Assembly: GCA_041685835.1 (NCBI GenBank)
Contig: JAWLEX010000001.1
Location: forward strand, 11,374 to 75,373
Direction: 5' to 3'
Length of the DNA: 64,000 nt
Source: Desulfatiglandales bacterium
GTDB lineage: Bacteria > Desulfobacterota > DSM-4660 > Desulfatiglandales > HGW-15
This document shows, piece after piece, positions 58,355-64,000 of this stretch (positions are counted from its first letter, which is position 1; each line of letters starts with the position of its first letter). The notes beneath the pieces are model-generated. The model saw only the letters and a program-made list of their open reading frames with translations, searched no databases and was not told where the DNA came from. The position numbers and the translations under genes are program-made.

Positions 58355-59422
58355 ATGTTCGAGAAGCTGAGAGAAATAGAAAGCCGTTTCGACCACCTGG
58401 AAAGGGCTTTGTCCGATCCCGAGGTGATCTCCGACCAGAAGACATACCAGAAGCTCATGAAGGAGCACAGCAACCTCTCACCCATAGTCTCCGCCTACAG
58501 GTCTTACAAGGACTTGCACGAAGAGCTCCAAGGCAGCCGGAGTCTCCTGGAGGATGAGGACGCCGAGATAAGGAAACTGGCGCACGAGGAGATCCAGGGG
58601 CTCAAAGACGGACTCGAGCAGCTGGAAAAGCAACTCAAAATTCTTCTTCTCCCCAATGACCCCAACGATGACAAGAACATTATACTGGAGATAAGGGCCG
58701 GAACAGGAGGAGACGAGGCCGGCCTTTTCGCGGCGGACCTCTTTCGGATGTACACACGGTATGCCGAACTCCGGGGTTGGCGGACGGAGATCCTGAGTCA
58801 GAGCTATACGGGCATCGGGGGAATCAAAGAAGTGATTTTCCTGATTCAGGGGCATAGGGCCTACAGCCGTCTCAAGCACGAAGGGGGTGGTCACCGGGTC
58901 CAGCGGGTCCCGGAGACCGAGACCCAGGGCCGTATTCACACCTCCGCGGTGACCGTGGCTGTTCTGCCGGAGGCCGAAGAGGTGGACGTGGAGGTCAATC
59001 CGGAAGACCTGCGTATCGACGTCTTTCGGTCCTCGGGACGCGGGGGACAGCACGTGAACGTAACGGATTCGGCCGTGCGGATCACCCACCTGCCTACAGG
59101 TCTCGTAGTGACCTGCCAGGATGAAAAGAGCCAGCACAAGAACAAGGCCAAGGCCATGAAAGTTCTTCGCAGCCGTCTCCTGAACCGGCACCAGGACGAA
59201 CAGCAGTCACGCATCTCCGAGGAACGCCGAGTCATGGTGGGATCCGGGGACCGGAGTGAAAAAATCCGCACCTATAACTTTCCCCAAGGCCGTGTCTCGG
59301 ACCACCGGATCGGCCTCACGCTCTACAAGCTGGACTCTATCCTTCAGGGGGAGCTGGACCCTCTCATCGATCCGCTCATAACCCACTTCCAGGCCGAAGC
59401 GCTCAAAGGATCCGGGGAATAA
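58355..59422 (+). CDS. prfA: Peptide chain release factor 1
   Basis: The GGQ motif [21 protein letters not shown] and an RF1-type PxT tripeptide context [13 protein letters not shown]. No frameshift is present. Confidence 0.95.
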   Translation: MFEKLREIESRFDHLERALSDPEVISDQKTYQKLMKEHSNLSPIVSAYRSYKDLHEELQGSRSLLEDEDAEIRKLAHEEIQGLKDGLEQLEKQLKILLLPNDPNDDKNIILEIRAGTGGDEAGLFAADLFRMYTRYAELRGWRTEILSQSYTGIGGIKEVIFLIQGHRAYSRLKHEGGGHRVQRVPETETQGRIHTSAVTVAVLPEAEEVDVEVNPEDLRIDVFRSSGRGGQHVNVTDSAVRITHLPTGLVVTCQDEKSQHKNKAKAMKVLRSRLLNRHQDEQQSRISEERRVMVGSGDRSEKIRTYNFPQGRVSDHRIGLTLYKLDSILQGELDPLIDPLITHFQAEALKGSGE

Positions 59423-59454
59423 CGACATTATCGCCTGTTTGCCGAAAGACACCC

Positions 59455-60348
59455 ATGCAGCCCCGATCATGGACCATCAAAGGCATCTTGGAGGTTACCA
59501 CCGCCTACCTTGAACAGAAGGGCGTCCCGGGCCCGCGGCTTGATGCGGAGGTCCTGCTGGCTCACCTGCTGGATTGCCGCCGCCTGGACCTGTACCTTCG
59601 CTTTGATCAGCCTCTGAGTGAAGAGGAGGTCGCCGGTTACAGGGATCTTGTGCGAAGGAGGGCGGGGCGGGAGCCCCTGCAGTACATCAGGGGCCGGCAG
59701 GAGTTCTGGTCCCTGGATTTCGAGGTGGCTTCGGGGGTACTCATTCCCAGGCCGGAGACCGAGGTCCTTGTGGAACAGGCCATGGCCCTTTTTAACGGGG
59801 GTGCAATCCCGGGCAAGGAGGCCCCGAAGGTTCTCGATCTGGGCACGGGATCCGGGATCCTGGCGGTCTGTGTGGCCCGTGAGATAAGCGGTGCCCGGAT
59901 CTGGGCCAGCGACACCTCTTTATACGCCCTGGCCCTTGCACGGAAAAACGCGCGAACCCATGGAGTTGAGAATAGGATCAGCTTCGTGAGGGGAGATCTC
60001 CTGGCCCCGTTTCGAGAGGGAGGCACAGGGTTTGATCTCATTGTCTCCAATCCGCCCTATGTGGATTCCGAAGAATTGAACAGGCTGGGGCCGGAGGTGC
60101 GTGACTACGAGCCCAGGCAGGCCCTGGACGGCGGCCCGGGAGGGATGGAGGTCGTCAAGCGCATTCTGCGGGATGCGCCGGCATTCCTTTCTCCCGGCGG
60201 CCGGCTCCTTTTGGAGATGGATCCGCGACAGATGGATGAGGCCTTTAAGACGGCCGAGGCGCTGGGCGCATATGACAATCCCGAGTCGATTCCAGACTAC
60301 ACACGGCGGCCACGAGTAATCTCTCTCGAGAAGGGTGATGGGAGGTGA
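59455..60348 (+). CDS. prmC: Release factor glutamine N5-methyltransferase
   Basis: SAM-binding site DLGTGSGILA and catalytic motif VSNPPYV. Confidence 0.9.
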   Translation: MQPRSWTIKGILEVTTAYLEQKGVPGPRLDAEVLLAHLLDCRRLDLYLRFDQPLSEEEVAGYRDLVRRRAGREPLQYIRGRQEFWSLDFEVASGVLIPRPETEVLVEQAMALFNGGAIPGKEAPKVLDLGTGSGILAVCVAREISGARIWASDTSLYALALARKNARTHGVENRISFVRGDLLAPFREGGTGFDLIVSNPPYVDSEELNRLGPEVRDYEPRQALDGGPGGMEVVKRILRDAPAFLSPGGRLLLEMDPRQMDEAFKTAEALGAYDNPESIPDYTRRPRVISLEKGDGR

Positions 60349-60554
60349 AAAGGGTTTCCTTTTACGGGTGGTATCATTGGCGATTTCGCCTTGTCTCCCA
60401 AGATTAGAGACGACGCATTATGTGGCAGACATTTCTCTCCGGCGGCAATTGGATCCATCTGCCTCTGCCCTGAACTCCTCATCAACTTGAAAAATCAGGC
60501 AGGGAAGGTCTGCGCAAAGCGGGTGCTTTCAAGTAACGCTCTTTTCTTATCATA

Positions 60555-63152
60555 TCAGGGATTTCCCATGAAAACAAAGGCGCCCCAGTAACGCGGGGCC
60601 GGATGGCCGTAGCGATCGCGGGCGATTTCCATCTCTTTCAGGGCCGCGCTCCTCAGGGCGTCGCACCGATTCATTTTCCCGGAAAGAATATTCCGATAAA
60701 ACCAGATCATCAACTCCCTGGTCTCTTTATCCGGCACGGGCCACATGCTCATCACGAGACTCCCGGCACCGGCCTGGGTAAACGCCCTTCTCAGCCCGAA
60801 AACCCCTTCGCCCCTTCTCACCTCACCCTCTCCCGTATTGCATGCAGACATGACAACCATCTCCGTTCCATGCAGTCTGAGCCCGAGAATCTTTTCAGCC
60901 GTGACAACACCCGAGAGGTCCCATGAGCCCGGAGAGGTCAAAGCCCTGTTTGCTCCTGCGAGCACAAAACCCGATTGCATGAGTGGATTTGCGATCTGAA
61001 TCCTTTTGGGAATCCGGGAATCCTCCTTGACCGGTACGCTTATAATACCCCGCTCGGAAGCCCCGGGCCTGATCTCGATATCCCGGAGGAAAAACCCGTG
61101 CGTTGCAAGGTGGAGGATGCGAGGACCGGTGATCTGCCGAAGGACCTGTTCAGTTGCCCCATCACCGGTGAAAAGGTCGGCCGTAGCTTTTCCCAGGATT
61201 TCCTGAATGGTTCTCACCTCTTCAAGCGTCTCGGGGAGCCGATCAAATCGAAGCCCGCGCAGCGTGCCGTTTGGCATGTGGAGAAGAGCCTTTTTGGCAG
61301 AGGCTTCGTTTGGATATTGACGGCTTTCATCCGCCGGGACGGCGTCAAAATCCGGATCCCCCAGGATGAGTGATTTGCCTTCCGCACGCCCTTTTTTCCC
61401 GAAGCCGAGGATGTCCCTTCCCGATGAGACATAGTTGAAGGTATACTCTTCAATAAGGAAGCCGCTTTCCGGTTTTCGGAAGACCTCAAAGGGAATCAGG
61501 TTGAGGTTGCCGTCAGGAGATAAAAAAAGATGCCGTGCATTCCCCAGTTCCCGTTCGATGGGCTGGAAGACGTCGGCATAGAGGTGTTCCGCAAGCGAGG
61601 CCACGGCCTCACCCGTTCCCGAAAAATCCCTGGTGATTTCCCTTTTGAATCGCACAATCAAGTTATCAATACTATCGGCATCGCCCAGGTCCCTGATTTT
61701 CACTTCATCCGCCTTACCAGGCAAGAGGATAAAGGCCACATACCGGTCATGAGCCCAGTGGTCTTTCACATCCGCTTCAAAAAGAAAAGGAGTCAGGCGA
61801 ACTATCTCCACCAATGCCTGTCCTTTGTCTCGGTCTAAAACGGCGGCGACGTTTCTGCTCCGGGCGTTTGCCGTTTCCAAATAAACTGAATAGGACCGGC
61901 TGAGACCGCTCAGTTCTCTTTCCAGGCTTTCCTTTTCGGCCCTCAGAAGTTCCAATTTCCGGCGGTACGCCGCCGTGCTCTTGCCGCCCGGTCCGGAAAA
62001 GGCCATTGCAGTCAGGTGGGAGCGCACATCAGACAGTCTTTGAAATGTACCGGATATGCTTTCATCACCTGAAAAAAGGGTCTCCTGAAACTGTTTTTGG
62101 ACTTCCAGAATAATGCCCTTCCGCCTCAAAACAGTATTCAGCCCTTCCTCCAAAGCATGGGGGTATTCCGGTGTATTCAGGATGATAAGAGAAAGAAATA
62201 CCTGCAGGTCCTCTTCGCTTTTCTTTACGAACTGAAGCTTCTGGGCCTCTGATGTAAAACCCTTCATGTGATCAATGGCGAGGAAGTCGATTTCCTGTGC
62301 CCTTTTAAGGAAAAGAAAGGCCTTTTCATAAAGACCTCGGGAAGCGTGGATCTTTCCCAGGAGAACCAGGGTATCGGCCAAGTGGGGGTGGGTGTCTCCA
62401 AGGGCATACTCCCCCAGCTCCAGGGCGGCTTCAGCCAGGGGCACGGCCGAGTCGATATCCCCCTCTTCATAATAAAGCCTTGCCAGGTTATTGAGGCTGA
62501 TGACAAGGCCGTGAGGGTTTTCGTGAGCTTTTCGAAGTCTGACTGCACGCTGCAGCAGCTCTTCCGCTTTATCAAATCGACGAAGATGCAGGTCGATTTC
62601 GCCCAGTGTGTTGAGGGAGGTCGATACCATGAAATGATCCAGGCCTTCGAACCGCTCACGTATTTCAAGGGCCTTTACCGCATAAGGTTTTGCGGTCTCG
62701 TACTCGCCTTTGTTCATATGAAGCCTGGCCAGCAGCCCCAGGGTCGTCGCCGCCATGGAGCCGGCTTCTCTTCCAAGATCGCCGTAGAGCTTCAATGCTC
62801 GTCTGAGTGTGGTCTCGGCGTTTTCATAATCACCGAATGAGGTGTAGAGCCCCCCCAGAAGGTTGAGGCACACACCGACACCTTCATGATCCGGGCCCTT
62901 TTCTTTTTCCACAATCTCCAGGACCCTGACGGCCTGCGGAATGGCCTCTGCATACCTTCCCTGCTCATTGAGTTCATTGATCCGCCCGAGGAGGGCCGTG
63001 GCTTCCTCCCTGTCCTCTCTTTCCAGAACCACGGACTCCGGACTCCTGTCAACGGTCTTGCAGGCCACCGGCAGAAACAGGACCAGAAGAAGCGGAAAAC
63101 GCACCAACCACTTTCCAGCCGACGCCGAAAACAGCTTTACGTGCCGCCCCAT
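60555..63152 (-). CDS. Exported TPR-repeat / CHAT-domain (caspase-like) protease
   Basis: N-terminal signal sequence with Cys (LLLVLFLPVAC) and about seven TPR units (for example LNLLGGLYTSFGDYENAETTLRRAL). The C-terminal CHAT domain has the His context ILHLATHGFF and the Cys context MVVMSACNTGEG. Confidence 0.85.
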   Translation of the reverse strand: MGRHVKLFSASAGKWLVRFPLLLVLFLPVACKTVDRSPESVVLEREDREEATALLGRINELNEQGRYAEAIPQAVRVLEIVEKEKGPDHEGVGVCLNLLGGLYTSFGDYENAETTLRRALKLYGDLGREAGSMAATTLGLLARLHMNKGEYETAKPYAVKALEIRERFEGLDHFMVSTSLNTLGEIDLHLRRFDKAEELLQRAVRLRKAHENPHGLVISLNNLARLYYEEGDIDSAVPLAEAALELGEYALGDTHPHLADTLVLLGKIHASRGLYEKAFLFLKRAQEIDFLAIDHMKGFTSEAQKLQFVKKSEEDLQVFLSLIILNTPEYPHALEEGLNTVLRRKGIILEVQKQFQETLFSGDESISGTFQRLSDVRSHLTAMAFSGPGGKSTAAYRRKLELLRAEKESLERELSGLSRSYSVYLETANARSRNVAAVLDRDKGQALVEIVRLTPFLFEADVKDHWAHDRYVAFILLPGKADEVKIRDLGDADSIDNLIVRFKREITRDFSGTGEAVASLAEHLYADVFQPIERELGNARHLFLSPDGNLNLIPFEVFRKPESGFLIEEYTFNYVSSGRDILGFGKKGRAEGKSLILGDPDFDAVPADESRQYPNEASAKKALLHMPNGTLRGLRFDRLPETLEEVRTIQEILGKATADLFTGDGATEQVLRQITGPRILHLATHGFFLRDIEIRPGASERGIISVPVKEDSRIPKRIQIANPLMQSGFVLAGANRALTSPGSWDLSGVVTAEKILGLRLHGTEMVVMSACNTGEGEVRRGEGVFGLRRAFTQAGAGSLVMSMWPVPDKETRELMIWFYRNILSGKMNRCDALRSAALKEMEIARDRYGHPAPRYWGAFVFMGNP

Positions 63153-63164
63153 TGGATCACTCCT

Positions 63165-63581
63165 CTAGCCCGCCAGGGATGCGGCCTCCATTCTATCCTG
63201 GGCCGCCTTCCTCATATTCTGAACATTGGCAAGTACCCTATCGAGTTTATTCGCATAAACCTTGTCCAGCTTTTTTCGGGAGAGGATAGAGATCTCGGAT
63301 TCCACGTCATTGGCCTGTGCAATCAACTTGGCCAGGATATTTTCGGCCTCCTGGAGCAGCCTCTTTTTGCGATCCACGGACTCTTCTCTATCAAACCGGT
63401 CCATGACTGAATTGAATTGATCAGCCAGGGATTGCACTTCTCCGGCGGCGTGAACGGCATCAGCTACTGATGTGGCCGCACTCCCACCCCCGCTTGCGTC
63501 TGCATACGAGTTCACAGGGGAGATCAAGACAAAGGTCAAGACCACCAGAGTGCAAATCGACCAAAGAATGTTTCGTTTCAT
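63165..63581 (-). CDS. Hypothetical secreted helical protein (138 aa)
   Basis: Signal peptide MKRNILWSICTLVVLTFVLISPVNSYA, then predicted helical or coiled sequence. It ends 12 nt upstream of the CHAT gene. Confidence 0.5.
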   Translation of the reverse strand: MKRNILWSICTLVVLTFVLISPVNSYADASGGGSAATSVADAVHAAGEVQSLADQFNSVMDRFDREESVDRKKRLLQEAENILAKLIAQANDVESEISILSRKKLDKVYANKLDRVLANVQNMRKAAQDRMEAASLAG

Positions 63582-63637
63582 TTTTTCCCCCTCATGGGCC
63601 TCAACGTTTCATGATTGCGGTTTAATTGGTGGAGGTA

Positions 63638-64000
63638 TTATCGCTCGCCCGTAGCCTCAATCCTCCATCGCCCGCCCTGTTTTATGAAGAGCGCCTCTAC
63701 GGATTTAACAAATCTGGTACCGTTTCGATTGTACCCGACCAGTACAAACCTGCCTGCGGCATCATCGTTAATAATACTGAGCTTCTTGAGGGATTGGACA
63801 TTGTAGCGCATACCGTTTTGCCGCCACATGGGAATGCCGGTATTGGAAATCCAGCCCAATTCAGGAGAGTCATGAACGTAAATATCTTCAAAAAGTCTCA
63901 ACTCGGCCTTATTGAGCGCCTCGCATCGTGCCACCATGAGCTCGTAAAGGGCCTTCTTGTCGGGTGTGTCGAGAAGATCGGTGTCCACCTTCTTCTCAAC
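63638..64000 (-). CDS. Hypothetical protein, possibly NTF2/SnoaL-like (the 5' end may extend past the window)
   Basis: The C-terminus ...FIKQGGRWRIEATGER resembles NTF2-like fold endings. The frame stays open to the window edge upstream of GTG 63988. Confidence 0.35.
   Translation of the reverse strand, partial: VEKKVDTDLLDTPDKKALYELMVARCEALNKAELRLFEDIYVHDSPELGWISNTGIPMWRQNGMRYNVQSLKKLSIINDDAAGRFVLVGYNRNGTRFVKSVEALFIKQGGRWRIEATGER

Noticed and set aside
58304-59422. Checked the release factor gene for the programmed +1 frameshift known for prfB.
   Set aside because: The protein is RF1 (PxT-type PET context, followed by prmC). The reading frame is uninterrupted from ATG 58355, so no frameshift is expected or seen.

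Overview
This is a 64-kb chromosomal segment, about 60% G+C by hand counts, from a sulfate/sulfite-reducing Desulfobacterota-type (deltaproteobacterial) genome. No transposase, integrase, phage, cas or rRNA genes and no CRISPR array were seen. Gene order: (1) a TonB-dependent uptake cluster: receptor fragment, cbiK, BtuF-like binding protein, FecCD permease, ATPase, exbB-exbD-tonB. (2) A dissimilatory sulfite reductase locus: dsrN-dsrC on the minus strand, divergent from dsrA-dsrB-dsrD. (3) About 5 kb of uncharacterised genes next to dsrABD: a TPR protein, a 108-aa protein, a YkgJ-type Cys-cluster protein, and a convergent operon encoding an FmdB zinc ribbon, an 85-aa acidic protein, a zinc-ribbon/HEAT-repeat protein and a 383-aa unknown. 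(4) A long housekeeping run: pyrR, rnc, era, a sigma-54 two-component pair, purD, coaBC, UDG, nfeD/SPFH, ispD, hemC, cobA-hemD, ugd, purA, mnmG, serA, degQ, ispE, tRNA-Gln, prs, rplY, pth, hppA, carD, rluD, rho, rpmE, prfA, prmC. (5) A lower-GC right end with an exported TPR-CHAT protease operon. The points most worth a second look are: the uncharacterised operon beside dsrABD; a 36-residue AT-rich N-terminal extension on DsrA; a 74-bp inverted repeat pair (67/74 identical) bracketing the permease-to-tonB block; several families of short-period intergenic repeats, including inverted hexamer arrays; a consensus sigma-70 promoter upstream of serA; codon-usage breaks inside serA and carD; and the secreted TPR-CHAT operon. 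Every call rests on manual motif recognition. No database search or program was run.
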